Shown: one piece after another, positions 13,160-25,690 of the stretch
Layout: each line of letters starts with the position of its first letter
Numbering within the stretch: the stretch's first letter is position 1
NCBI GenBank assembly: GCA_028534125.1
Contig: CM052816.1
Span: 60,018,001-60,082,000, forward strand
DNA from: Lama glama
Lineage: Eukaryota
DNA: 64,000 bases
Direction: 5' to 3'
Notes under the pieces: generated by a model
Databases searched by the model: none
What the model saw: only the letters and a program-made list of their open reading frames with translations
Told to the model about the DNA's origin: nothing
Translations under genes and position numbers: made by a program

Positions 13160-14330
13160 TAAGCAGTGTCCTTAGAATTGTCATGAGTGGGATGGGGGAT
13201 GGTCTCTTATTGGCCACATGAAGAAATTTAGACTTTGTCATGTTTTGTGTCTTAGAAACACCATTGTTCAGTGGGGAGGACAGATTACAGTGGGAGAAGA
13301 CTGCAGGAAGGGTTATTTATTAAGAGGTTTATTGCAATAATTTAAATGAGAAATTATGGTGGCTTATATAAGGAGAATCACAATGGGATGTAAATAAGTG
13401 GTTGTGTCAAAAATATATATTTAGGCATTAGAATCAATAAGACTTGATAATGATGTGTGAAGGTCGAGGGTAAAGAGAAAAAAAGGATGATTGACATTAA
13501 CAACATCTGGGTGGGATAGCATTCACTGTGATAGGAAACTAGAGAGAAGAAGCAGATTTGGGGAATGGGAACAGAGGAAATAGTAAGCTGAGTTCCTGAT
13601 GTGTTGAATTTCTTCTTTTTGCAGTATATTCAGGTGGAAGAATGCAGGAGGCAATTAACTATTGAACTTACAAAAGTGATCAGGGTGGGAGGTAAAGCTT
13701 AGACAGCCCAAACAATGTAATAGTGAATGGGAGTAGATGGTATCTACCATGGTGAAGGCCGAGCTGAGACTCTGAGACTCTAGAACAGGATGCAGGAACT
13801 GACCCTTGCAGAGGTATATGTTCTAAGTTAATTTAGAAAGATTAGAGTGACCAAAAAAAAAAAAAAAAAGAGTGATCAACAATATCAATGGTGCAGGAAA
13901 AAAAAAGTGAAATCAAAGTGAAAAATATTCATTAGCTTTGCAAAAAAGAGGTCATTAGGGAGTTGATGGAAGTCTTTTCAGTGGAGTAATGGGGCTGCAT
14001 TTGTGGATAGTTGTTTTGAAAGGGAAGAAAAACAGGAAAAAAAAATCTGTGTGGGTAACTCACTCTGGAAGATTGGTTATAAAAGAAAGGAAGCAATAGG
14101 GCAATTATAGGAGGGCGTATGATGTTCAAGAAGGGGATTTTTTAAATGTGTAGAATTTAGAATACTTTGACATCTTTATGGAATTCACCTCATTATTCAG
14201 GGAGCTTCTACAAAAGCAAGAAGAGGGGCAGGGACTTGAGACAGACATCTCAGAGGTGTAGGAAGGGATGGGACTTGAAGAAAACGTACAGTAATTCACC
14301 TTGGACAAGAGGAGAGACACCCCTCTCACT
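13160..14330 (-). mobile_element. L2 LINE, long degraded fragment
   Basis: gatggtctcttattggccacatgaagaaatttagacttt...tagaatcaataagacttgataatga...gaggtcattagggagttgatggaagtcttttcagtggagtaatgggg. Confidence 0.75.
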
Positions 14331-14694
14331 GCAGAAAAAAAAATTTTTTAAAGGAAGAAGGAAAAGAATAAAGGCAATGCAGATAAGTCTAGGGCTGCTA
14401 GCAGTAACGTTCACCAGTATTTTGGGCTTTTGAAATATCTTTCAATGAAACGAAAATACAATCAAATCAATAATCTAGAGTTTGAACATTAATATCTATG
14501 ATAAAAACACATTATGTCTTTAATATCTTCATCATGCAAAGCAAGGACTTGTGCTAATAAAGATCTTATGTACAATTAGTGATTTGAAGGGTTATCATTT
14601 ATATCTGGATAAGTTGTATTAATTGTAAGTTGTCTAATCATTCTTTATTTATACCCAAGAAGTCACGCAATAGGAGAACATTAATTTATCAGTT

Positions 14695-14830
14695 ATGCCA
14701 TGAGTTTCCTGAGGGCAGGGTTTATGTCTTCTTTGTTGTTATGGACTTGTATTCAGCCAGGGCCCAGTACAGAGTCACTGCTCAATAAATGTTAAAGGAA
14801 ATGTTAAAAAAAAATGTTAAATGAATAAAT
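14695..14830 (+). mobile_element. L2 3' end
   Basis: tgagtttcctgagggcaggg...cccagtacagagtcactgctcaataaatgtt...aatgaata. Confidence 0.75.
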
Positions 14831-16169
14831 ACAATTCCAGGGGAAAATTTGGGGCTTAATTCTCATTTATATTACCAACAAAAAACTTTAAATGTATATA
14901 TGTACATCTGTAAATTGACATTTAGACTTTACTCTTGACAGTCTAAAAAGCTGCCTTTTTTTTTTTTTTTTTAGCAATTGCAAGGGTGCGTTCAGGAATG
15001 GAGAGCAGAGAAGGGGTTACAAAAGCTCTTAACAGTGCAGGCTCGCCTATATATGTATATTTATTCCATATTGCTCACTCCAGCATTGGTCATGATTTCA
15101 AAATGATAGCACAAGTTAATGCATTTTCACACATCGAAGGAAGATTATACTCTTCATGCCAGCCTGCTATGTATGCACAATTCTAAGAGAGAAACCACAG
15201 AGAGTAACTAGTTGCTAACAAGCATCCCCCAGAACATCCAAGGATTCTCACCAACACATCAACTCACGCAAACTGCCCAGTGCAAATTCAGACCTTTCAT
15301 TTAGAAATTACACCTCTCAACAGTAGACTCTCCTAAAGGACCAGATTGATCCAAGGGATTGTAGGGAGTGGAGCTTTGCATTATTTTTTTTCTCTCTCCT
15401 CCTTGGCTACAATTAGAATTCATTACCATCTGAGGGCTATTTACCAGTCTGGATAAAAGGAGTTAAACGCTGAGCTAACAGATTGGAAATATGTCCTCAG
15501 AACACAATTCGCTCTCTCCACTGGCACTCATGATGGCAGCCTAGGAAAAAGGCCAAGAATGGAAAACACATCACATCTACCTCGCCACATCCCCAGGTGG
15601 GTCAGCTCCGATGGGGTTAAGGCAGACTGACGAGAAAGCCATTAGCAAGCTGCACTCTTTGATTTCACGCAAAAGAAAGAAGACCTTTCAGAAGTACTAA
15701 GTTTATTTCTCAAAGTAAGTTGAATGGCTAGTCTTCCACACAGAGCACTCCCCACATAAACTGTGGAGACTGCCTCACGACAGCCACACACTAAGATGAG
15801 CGCTGTTCGGCGGGGGCCTCCCTTCTCGAATAACTTGTTTCTTTCTGCTCTCATTCTCACCGCAAAGGTTGCACTTTGACAAGCTAAGTTCCAGAAAGTT
15901 TTTTTTCTGCCAGGCTCAAGAGATTTGAGAAGGAAAAAAAAAAAAAAAGAGAGAAAGAGAGAAGGAAAAGGAAGTGAGGCCATGATGCAAAATTAAAGGA
16001 TAAGCAGAACATGGAGGTCTCCGTGGCTCCACGGGTGTGTGTGTGACATCTTACTTCTGAGCAGTTTGAGGCAAAACTACACATACCCATGTAAGACTCC
16101 TGAGTCTATTCATGGCATAAGCATTCATCACCTTAAAAAGCAAAGAAGCAACCATCTGATATTTTGTCC

Positions 16170-16310
16170 CAACCTTTCAGCCCCAACTTCTTTATCTGCT
16201 AAATGGGAATACTGCATATATCAGAGCAAAGTCATGAGGGTTAAAGAGATCACATTGTCATGTGCTTAGCACAGTTTCTAGTACAGAGAATGCACTCAAT
16301 CCATTATGAC
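16170..16310 (+). mobile_element. MIR SINE fragment
   Basis: tttatctgctaaatgggaata...catgagggttaaagagatcac...gtgcttagcacagtttctagtacagagaatgcactcaat. Confidence 0.7.
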
Positions 16311-16378
16311 CATAATTATGATTAAGCAGAGTTAAGAATCTTACCTCTGGACTAGAAGACAAACTGCCAAATTATGTT

Positions 16379-17833
16379 TCTTTGTTTCTTTCTAAGGTTG
16401 TATCTTGCTCTTCTGTTTGGAATATAGTCCTATGTTTCCTCATTTTGCTTGACTCTGTGTTGGTTTCTATGTATCAGATGAAACAGTCACCTCTCCTAGA
16501 CTTGAGCAGCCTTGTGCTGGAAGTGAACCTTATTGTTCAACACTGCCTTAGCTCTTGGTCATCTCTCAAATCTTTGTGATCATTCAAGTAGCCCATTTCA
16601 TTTTTAACAGCTCCCAGGATTGGAGGGTGTACCAAGGCCAGTCATTGCCCCAAGGTGGCTGGGTGGATCTCAGGCAGCACCTAGATTCAGGGTGATTAAA
16701 AGCCGGACCCTCGGGAAGCAGCTTTTAAATATGCAAATATATACAGTCCAGTGGGAATGCTTGCATAAGTCCTTCTGGCCAGAAATGTCCCCAGGATGAA
16801 AGTCCTCGCAAAACTCGGGGCCCCTGACAAGTGTATAAGCTCCTTTCTGGGAGATACCAGCGAGCTGAAGCCAAGCAGAAGGCAGGCGTAGAGATGGCAT
16901 CCTCCCGCCTCCATTCCCCGAGAGTCGCTCCATGGGCCCCTAGGAGTGGCCAGTCCAGAAGCCTGCCCCTGGGCCAAAGCTCCAGGACAAGCAAATAGGC
17001 CTCTTTCTCAGAAAGACAGGGGGCGTCTCCTCCGGTTGTCTATGCAGTGCCCTGGGGGTGGCAGCCTACCAAGGACTGTCCCTCTGACTGTAACCGTCCT
17101 GTGGGACCCCAGAATACAAGCCCTCCACCTTCAAAGCCAGACCATCAAGGGGCGTCCCCTGGGCGGCAGCTGCAAAAACCAGGGCCCCTGAGGTGTGCAA
17201 ACGCTCACCTGAGGGAGGCGACGGCGGCAGCACGGAGCATGGCAGTGGGACACTGTAAGAGTGTGCCCCCAAAGTGTGTTTTAAAAAAAAGTTTAGAATA
17301 AAAAAACAGAAAAAAAGGACCACACCACCTTCAGCAAAGCAGAGAGAGGACGAAAATGGCGCCCGCCCATCACGCCTTCACAGAAGTCTGGGTGCTTTCC
17401 AAACAGCTGCTTCTGCGCATGCCCTTGGCCCGCGAGTCTGCGCACTAGCCCTTCCCCATTTACAGCACTTCGGTCCCGTGGTTACAAGCCCCGCTAGTTT
17501 TCAAAGCCAGATGTTTGTTTCAAAGCCAGGGTTCTCTCAGGTGCTGGTCTTAAAAGCTGGGGTGCCTGATGTGGGGTCCAAACTTTTCACTCCTCAGGGC
17601 AATGTTCCAGGTTTTGAGCTCCCTCCCTAAACCGCCAGGCCAGGCGTGGGGTTTAGAGCAAGATTCGTGCCTCCGCCTCTCCTAGCTTTGGCTTCCTCGT
17701 GGATGTGAAGGAGTTGCCCAGCTAGTTTTCAGGTCTGTTTCAGAGGGAATCATTCCACGTGGAGCTGTAGACTCAGTGAGTCCACGGGAGGAGGCAACTG
17801 CAGGGCCTTCCTGTCACCATCTTGAACCACCTC
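16379..17833 (-). mobile_element. L1/HAL1-type element: 5'UTR plus first ~21 ORF1 codons, 3'-truncated, with A-rich tail and TSD
   Basis: Minus strand starts gaggtggttcaagatggtg (L1 5' end, YY1-like); CpG-rich body; ATG at 16443 reads MRKHRTIFQTEEQDTTLERNK (L1 ORF1p-like N-terminus); flanks ctgccaaattatgtt 16364-16378 and ctgccagattgtctt 17834-17848. Confidence 0.8.
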
Positions 17834-18089
17834 CTGCCAGATTGTCTTGATCATGTGGTACAAGGCTACTCATCACATCAACCTTGATATGGGGGAAAAT
17901 AAAAGCCCTTGATTCACAACAGTTATCAATGGGAGCTGGTTGTTACTAAACACAGCAGGTGACTGACCCTCAAATGCACAGAGTCGAAGCAGAGCTACAG
18001 GATACAGGAGCATGGGCGTCCACTGCCCTCAGGCAAACCCCGCCCCAGACCACAGGTGAAAGCTCTGTGCTCTGAGTGAGGCTGCCCGG

Positions 18090-18505
18090 TGTATTAGAAG
18101 CCGTCCTGTGAGTGCCTCACCTATATCCCCTCAGCACTAACCAGCTTAGTGGCTTCCACCTCATGCACCTGTGGGTCTTAGCCTAGTGGCTTGTTTTGGT
18201 CCACTGAGTTGGAAGGGGGAGCAGGCAGAGTGCCAGGGATTTGATATCCCCTGGAGCCAGCCTCTACTAATAACTGGCGGGAGCTGGCAGACCACTGGCT
18301 TCTCAGGTGAGACATTCCTACACTGTCTCCAGATCTCCCAAGCAGATTGAGTCCCAGCTGCACACAGCAGTAACATGCTCAGCGATGTCCCCATCAGCTT
18401 CCTTCCCTGCCTTCTCTCACTTCCCCACTTTCCTAACAGTGTTTCCGGGACCACCTCCCAATTCCTTGCCTTCGGGTCTCCTTCTGGGGAAACATCCAAT
18501 GTAAC
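18090..18505 (+). mobile_element. LTR16-family ERVL LTR
   Basis: gattgagtcccagctgcacacagcagtaac...ctcacttcccccac-like tract...gggaccacctccca...gggtctccttctggggaaac. Confidence 0.7.
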
Positions 18506-18739
18506 ACCCCAAAAAGCTCTTCCTTTAGGCTGCACAAGGATCTCCCGCAGCTCCTCACCACAGAGTTCCCATCTCCACCCCATTCCATCACGGGGTTACA
18601 GCAATTGCCATTTCCATTTGTGGATTTCTAATTTAGGGACATCATATACAACTTCCGAATCAATTTCCACCCTGTGGGAAACTACAGCAGCTCACCCTTG
18701 AGAGCTTACCTTGTCCCAACCATCATAAGAATCAATTAT

Positions 18740-18900
18740 CATTGTTTCTATCTGTAACCATCACAATAAAGAAGGTATTATTACCCCCATTTAACAGAAG
18801 TGGAAATCCAACTGCAGGGAATTTAAGGCACTTGCCAAACTCTAACACCTAGTGAGAGGGAGAGCTGGGCTGGAAGCCATGTTGGTTTAGCATCCATGCC
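18740..18900 (-). mobile_element. MIR SINE
   Basis: ggtattattacccccatttaacagaagtggaaatccaactgcagggaatttaaggcacttgcc. Confidence 0.75.
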
Positions 18901-19329
18901 CACGAATGTCTTAAGATTCCTGTATGACCTGCCGAGCAGCAGTTCTAGGGTCTGTGTATGTATAGGGCATAACTGGGTGACTAATATGTTTGGACTTACT
19001 GAAACAGTTTAATACTTTTTCCTTCTTCTTTCCCATTAGCAACTTACAGTCTAGTCTGCTTTCATAATCCTCAATCATTTTCAGCATGGAGTTTAACAGC
19101 ATGGGTGGTATCTGCCCCTTCACGTCATTCTCCACTTCTCCGTTTGATCACAGAGCCCCTTAGTTTTAACTGAATGCTTGGCCACCAGCTAGAGACTTCC
19201 TCTCCCAATTGATTTCTGGCAATTACGATGCCAGAAGATGTAGCCAAAGGATGTGAGTGGAAGTGCTGAGGACAATTTCCAGGCCCTACCAGGTGATGCT
19301 CTAACTCCACGTTTTCCTCCTCCCTTCAT

Positions 19330-19552
19330 TTGGAAGTGAATTCAGATGTGAAGGTCACAGAGTGTCAACACAGACAAGGAGCACCAGGGCAACAAGCCTA
19401 CAAGGTGGCAGGACAAAATACCAGGAGCCTGGGTCCCTCTGATCACCAACCAGCACATATTGTCATATGAGCGATAAATAAACTTTGATCTAATTGGAGC
19501 CACTGTTATTTGTTCTGCTTTGAAGCAGCCAAACCCAAATCCTAACTAATAC
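19330..19552 (+). mobile_element. MLT1 (J/I-like) MaLR LTR, 3' part
   Basis: ggagcctgggtccct...aaataaacttt...gccactgttattt...gcagccaaacccaaatcctaactaataca. Confidence 0.75.
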
Positions 19553-21111
19553 AGAGAGAGAAAAAGAGAATGAGAAACTGAGAAGGAAGTCAGCAGGAAA
19601 ACAGTGCAGGACAATGTGTGGGGCGGGAGGGGACACCAGAAACAAGAGCACAGCTCAGAAGGGGCTGAGCTATATTTCATTTGTTTGTTTTAAAGTTTTC
19701 TGAAACATAAAGGAAGGAGAGAAAATCAAAGCCAGAGAAGAGAGGAAAAGCAACAACATCTTCTTTAATCCTGCCTCTTGAGAGGCTGTGGGTGGCAGGA
19801 AAACAGAACGGGGAGGAACCCCAGCTGTTATCAGAGCTCATAAAAAGTTCAAACTCAACCTTCTGCTGGGGAGAAGAAGATGTAATTGACTCTGAAGCAA
19901 AGAGTGTTCTTGGGATGAAGTAGGTGTCCCCAGAGGTCTTTGCACAGGACAGGACCTCAAGCCACTCTGGGCCTCCCTCACCTGGAACAGAGCAAACTCC
20001 CTCACACAAAGAGGAGGATACAGGTTAGTCACCAGGTTTTCACTTTTCTCCCAAGTATGGTAATCATACAATGCAAACGTGTGCAAATTTCTGGTCATTT
20101 TCTAAGAAGACACATGCTATGAATCATTTATTTCCGGAGTCTACCCAACAGGACATTGTCAGTTATTGACACAAAAACAAATACAGCTACTCTGAATTAA
20201 GGAACACTTTAAAAATCACAGGCTAATTATTCTCCCATGCAATGCCTTGCCACAGCCGGCACTTTTGTGAGTGAGCATCACTGCCTGCCTTTCAGGACTT
20301 GGCAGAGCCCCAGTCCCACCCGAGTCCCACACACAGTGTTGCTCAGACTGGCTGCCAGACCCCAGCAGCTCAATCACACTTGGCCTGGGCCATGGTTGTT
20401 GGTATGGCACTTTATAAGCAACACACACATTAATTGGAGAAGCAAATTCACCGTGGTCATGGAACAATGGTAAGTGAAAGAAAATGCAACAACAGCAGGC
20501 AGTTTGAATCAGGATACATCAAAAGTCAAAAGCCAGCAACTCAAGAAGAATATGAATTAGAGTGTGCAATCCAGGTTTCCCAGCTGCTTAATTCAATGTC
20601 ATAAGTCATTCCTGCCTTTCACACCTGGTAGCCTGAGAACCCATTCTGCAGAACTTCAAGAAGCCCAGTTTGGGGGAATTTTCCTTTCTCAACTATTTCT
20701 GAATTTTTCTGGAGATACATGCACATCACACAAGTTGGTCCTGACTGTCTCCCGCCACCTGAATCCACCTCCTGGTTCTCAGAGACTCAACACATTGCTT
20801 GCACAAGTCATTACTTGTCAGCTCACAACTAGTTGTCCGGGCTGTCATCTTTTTCCCTGAACTACTTCTTTCTGAGGATTAACACCTTCAAAAATGGCTG
20901 AGACCAGGATATAAAGTCTAACAATAGACAAGCTGGAGGAGCAACAATGTAGAAAGAAAATCTGAAATAGACTACCGGGCATCACCCATCTGAGGATCCA
21001 CAGACCAGGCCACTGGTTAGGTGTAACCAGCTTGTGCCTCAGGGATCCCAGCCTGCCAAAAGCTTACGGAGAAGGGAAGGAGTTCACACTTTACTCTGAC
21101 TAGACTTCAAG

Positions 21112-21611
21112 NNNNNNNNNNNNNNNNNNNNNNNNNNNNNNNNNNNNNNNNNNNNNNNNNNNNNNNNNNNNNNNNNNNNNNNNNNNNNNNNNNNNNNNNN
21201 NNNNNNNNNNNNNNNNNNNNNNNNNNNNNNNNNNNNNNNNNNNNNNNNNNNNNNNNNNNNNNNNNNNNNNNNNNNNNNNNNNNNNNNNNNNNNNNNNNNN
21301 NNNNNNNNNNNNNNNNNNNNNNNNNNNNNNNNNNNNNNNNNNNNNNNNNNNNNNNNNNNNNNNNNNNNNNNNNNNNNNNNNNNNNNNNNNNNNNNNNNNN
21401 NNNNNNNNNNNNNNNNNNNNNNNNNNNNNNNNNNNNNNNNNNNNNNNNNNNNNNNNNNNNNNNNNNNNNNNNNNNNNNNNNNNNNNNNNNNNNNNNNNNN
21501 NNNNNNNNNNNNNNNNNNNNNNNNNNNNNNNNNNNNNNNNNNNNNNNNNNNNNNNNNNNNNNNNNNNNNNNNNNNNNNNNNNNNNNNNNNNNNNNNNNNN
21601 NNNNNNNNNNN
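21112..21611. other. Assembly gap (500 N)
   Basis: Run of 500 n characters. Confidence 1.
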
Positions 21612-21630
21612 CAAAGGAAACCTCCTATGA

Positions 21631-22330
21631 CTCATTTATTCAAAAATGTTTGTTGAGCACTTCTAGTGTCCCTCAAAAATTCATGTTTACCCAGAACCTC
21701 AGAATGTGACCTTATTTGGAAAGATGGTCTTTGTACATATACTTACTGAAGATGCAGCCTCACTGGAGTAGGGTAGACCCTAAATCCAAATGACTGATGT
21801 CCTAATAAGAAGAGAGGACATGCAGGGATACACATGGGGAAGAAGGCCATTTGACGATGGAGGCAGAGATTGGAGTGATGCAGCCACAAGCCAAGGAACT
21901 AACTCCAAGGATTGCTGGCAACCACCAGTGGCTGGAAGAGGTAGGGGACAGGTCGTGTCTCCAGGAGGAACCAACGCCGCCAACACTTTGATTTCCGACT
22001 TCTGGCCTCCCGAACTGAGAGAGAGTAAATTTCTGCTATTTGAAACCACCCAATTTGTGGTCACTTACCATGGCCACCACAGGAAACTAATATGGCTCCC
22101 AGCATTTTCAAGTCACAGTCCCAAGCATGAAAAGTACAGCCGTGAGCAAGACAAGGGAGGTCCCTGTTCTCATGTGGCTGAAATTCTAGTGGAGAAGACA
22201 AATAATATGGAACCAAATACATAAATAGGATTATTTCAGAATGTGACTGATTTCATGAAAAAACAAAACAGGGTGACATGAGAGTGCAGAACCAGGGTGG
22301 AAGGTGGGACAAGACTGCCTTTTAGAGTGG
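21631..22330 (-). mobile_element. L2 3' end interrupted by an MLT1 LTR
   Basis: ctcatttattcaaaaatgtttgttgagcac before the LTR; continues after it as gtgagcaagacaagggaggtccctgttctcatgtggctgaaattctagtgg. Confidence 0.7.
21666..22092 (+). mobile_element. MLT1C-like MaLR LTR
   Basis: gaacctcagaatgtgaccttatttggaaa...ggaggcagagattggagtgatgcagccacaagccaagga...ttctggcctcccgaactgagagag...ggaaactaata. Confidence 0.9.
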
Positions 22331-23939
22331 GCTATCGTTGGGACATCCACCCAGGGCAGACTAACTCCCTCCAGTCCAGCCAGGACACTCCCAGGAGTGT
22401 CCTTCCACTTCTGCACATTGCTCTCATCCTAACCGCAGAGCTCTGGCCTCTTCCCTCCTCTCTTCCAAACTCTGCCTAGTTCCAGGGCCATTTCTGCCTC
22501 TGACGTAGCCCTCTGTTCTCATCCACGCAAGTTTCTCTTCCTTCACATGCTCCAGTGCTTGAACATGGACAAAACTGACAAGAATTGGTTCCCCACCCCC
22601 ATCCAGCCTGTCCATAATGGATGTCAGTGTATTCCCCCATGGTCCTGAGAGAGCAGATCCCAACTGATTTAATTACTGCCAGAGCTCTGGACACAGCTGC
22701 TATGACTGCCGAGCCCTGTGGTTTATGAAGAGAGCACCACAAATGACAGGAACTGCAGAGGGAGAAATAGTCTGAGCTGACTTTGGCATGTTCGTTTTTG
22801 AGTACAAATACTTCCATTCATCAATGGGGACATTTATGACATCTGGGCTGTCAAGATGATATTCTAGAAAGGAGCAACAGAGACCCAGAGTGTGGTAAGT
22901 ACTAGGCCATCTCCAGGCAGAAGCCCTGTGACCAGAATGCAAGGTGCTCAAGGGAAACCAGGAGCAGCCAGAACCGGAGAACCTATCCATCCGAGGGGGC
23001 ATCTCAGTGCTACCCCTCCCCTACCCCCACCAACCCTGGTATTCATTTGGGAATCAGTGAAGACCCAAAAGAAGTTCATTTAACCAGAACTTGACTTCCT
23101 AAGAGAAAAATGTCCACCCAATACATACAAGGTTTCACAAGAGGAGAGATACTGCGCTACCATCTGACAGACTGAACAGCGCAGGGTGGGCAGAGGGGAA
23201 GCACGGGGGAGAGGAAGGCAAACGCCTCCATTCTGCCCCATGACATGCAGGAGCCCTATGTGGAGGCCTCGTGACTCACAGCCAGGAGCAAAGGCGGCAC
23301 TCAGATGGGGGCCATGCTCACGTGTACAAGCTGGCATCCTACTAAAAGATTCTGGCCCTTAGGTCTGGAACAGGGGCCTAGAATTCTGCATCCAGAACAG
23401 GTTCCTGAGATTCTGACAGGCTGTCTAGATCCTAGGAAACCAGCTGCATTTGGAGGATGGACTGGGGAGGGATTCTCTTAGGAGGCTGTTGTGAGGCCCT
23501 AAGAGTCCAGGTAACAAGCAATGCTACCCTGCTTCACACAGAGTATCCAAATTTGGGCAAAAATATACTTTGTTACATATTAGATGTAATTTATCATCAA
23601 CAAAAATCATTTATTAATTTAATTGCATATGGTAATTCTATGTGTTGAATTAAGAAAATTTCAAAGTAGTAGTTTTTAAAAGATGCTAAATCAGTGTCTC
23701 AAATCCATCCACATGTGACAACCATCTGGTTAGAAATACCAATGCTCAGGCCCCAACCCACAGCAACTGAATCAGGATCCCTTGGCCTAGTATGTATTCA
23801 GGGGTCAGAGGGGAGGGAAAAGAAGAGGTAGACAGCTCTGAAGGACTGGAGAGAGAGATTAAATTCACACATTTCTTACTTCTATTTCCACATCTTTCAG
23901 ATTTCACTTCTCTCCCTCCTCAATGGACTCTCTGCCTCA

Positions 23940-24105
23940 CAGTCTTCAAATCAAAGTGTGGTCCGCGGGCAGCAACATCAGCATCACCTGGGAGCTCATT
24001 AGAAACAGAATCCTAAGCCCTTCCCCAGACCTACTGAACCAGAATCTGCATTTTAACAAGACCCCCCAGGTAATTAGCAGGCATAGTAAGTCTGAAAGCA
24101 CGGCT
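23940..24105. mobile_element. MER5A1-like DNA transposon (smaller MER5-like fragments near 8750-8860, 23340-23430, 23690-23790, 49125-49280)
   Basis: caaagtgtggtccgcgg...cagcatcacctgggagctcattagaaacagaatc...cagacctactgaaccagaatctgcattttaacaaga. Confidence 0.85.
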
Positions 24106-25467
24106 CTGCATAGACCTGAGCCCAAGCTACTTGCACAGGTACAAAGGCAATCATTAAGCTGCTTGGCGAATGCAAACGGGGATCAGCTGCTGCTTAGACC
24201 CCACCAGGCGGATGCAGGAGAGGGTGCCCGCGAACATGTAATTGATTTACAACATCATCTGGCTGTATCCCAGCAAAAGCCAAGCTGTCTCTTTCTCTGT
24301 ATTGATATAATTGCCGACATGAGGGGAAGCAGGTTCTTTCTTCAGATCAAGTAACCTTGTTATTTATCAGTCTGTGCTAGCTTCACTTCTGATTAGCAAT
24401 TTATTCTGGGTGGTTATTGACTGACCCCACTTGGCTCTCCTTATTCATTCTGTTCCCACCAGCAACAATTACTCAGCCCTCAGGGTGACGGTAACATAGA
24501 TGCAGTTATGTATATTTGCAGTTTCTATACATTTTCCTATTTTTCTTGCCTGCTTCTACAGACAGAATATCACTTAAGGACCAGGATTGTTTTTTAACTC
24601 CTCACAGTACCTAGCAAAGCAGTACTTACTGAAAAATGTAATGGATGCTGCTGGGTGGTGCCAGGAACCATTTCAAACACTGTTCGTCTCAGTTCTCCAT
24701 CTCATGAGCTAGAAACAAAATTGTTTTCAAGCCACATTGGAACACCCTCGATTCGACAAAACTGACCGCCTACCACAGTGCACCAACTCGGTGCTGTAAG
24801 TCAATCATAAAAAACAGATGCTGTCACCGGCTTAGAAGCTGTTTCCCAAGAGTTCATTTCAGAGTTATTTATTGGAACTTCGAGTGTATTATTCCCAAAC
24901 AATCCCTTCGGTTTCCATCATTGTCAGGCTGGACCTCAAGAGTGGGAAGCCAGACTCTTACAATACTACTAATCAGCAGCAACAATGTTAAATTAAATCC
25001 AAATGCGCTTTTATTCAACTTGATGTTGGTGCTTCGGAAATAGTTTGAATCAGAAGACAATTAGATGGTAGGAACAGATGATATTACAGATTCTAACATT
25101 TGTATATTTCTAAGAACTTTAAAGATAGATAAGCATTAATTCTTCAAAATGAATTTTTAAATAAAAAATCTGGTTTTCCTTTTTATTACAAAACATGTAG
25201 GTGTGCCTTAATTTTTACATTCATTTTCTACACGTATCACCATTCTGTGGCTCACAGATAAACTCAGAAGGAGAACAAAGAAAGGAGAAATTAAAAGAGA
25301 AAAAGCTAAAGGAAAATGATCGCATGTCTAGAAAGCCTAGTTTACGGGAAGGAATTAAAAAGCTGAGTATATGCATGGGTGAAGGATTGCATAAAGTAGA
25401 TACAGAATAATTGAATTTTAGAACTGGAAGGGGCCACAGTCAGAATTACCACATTTTCCCTTACAGA

Positions 25468-25690
25468 AGTGTTTTATAAAATGGGGGTTGGGGGCGATAT
25501 TCCCCGCCGAGGACACTGGGCAATGTCTGGAGGCATTTTTCATTTTCACAACTGGTGGAGAAGCACTACTTGCATCTGGTGGGTAAGGACCAGGGATGGT
25601 GCCAACATCCTACAAGGCACAAGGCAGCCCCCCACAACAAAAACTCATACAGCCCAAAATGCTGCTAGTGCTGACACTGAGGGACTGCCT
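25468..25690. mobile_element. MER20 hAT DNA transposon
   Basis: ggacactgggcaatgtctggaggcattttt...cacaactgg...gcatctggtgggtaaggaccagggatggtgccaacatcctacaaggcacaaggcagccccccacaacaaa. Confidence 0.9.

Noticed and set aside
16670..17630. Cluster of overlapping ORFs suggesting a gene or host CpG-island promoter
   Set aside because: Explained by the GC-rich, stop-poor L1/HAL1 5'UTR.
21084..21635. 183-aa ORF in the track
   Set aside because: Artefact of translating the 500-N gap.
21780..22224. 144-aa and 94-aa ORFs
   Set aside because: Lie in MLT1C/L2 repeat sequence; no coding hallmarks.
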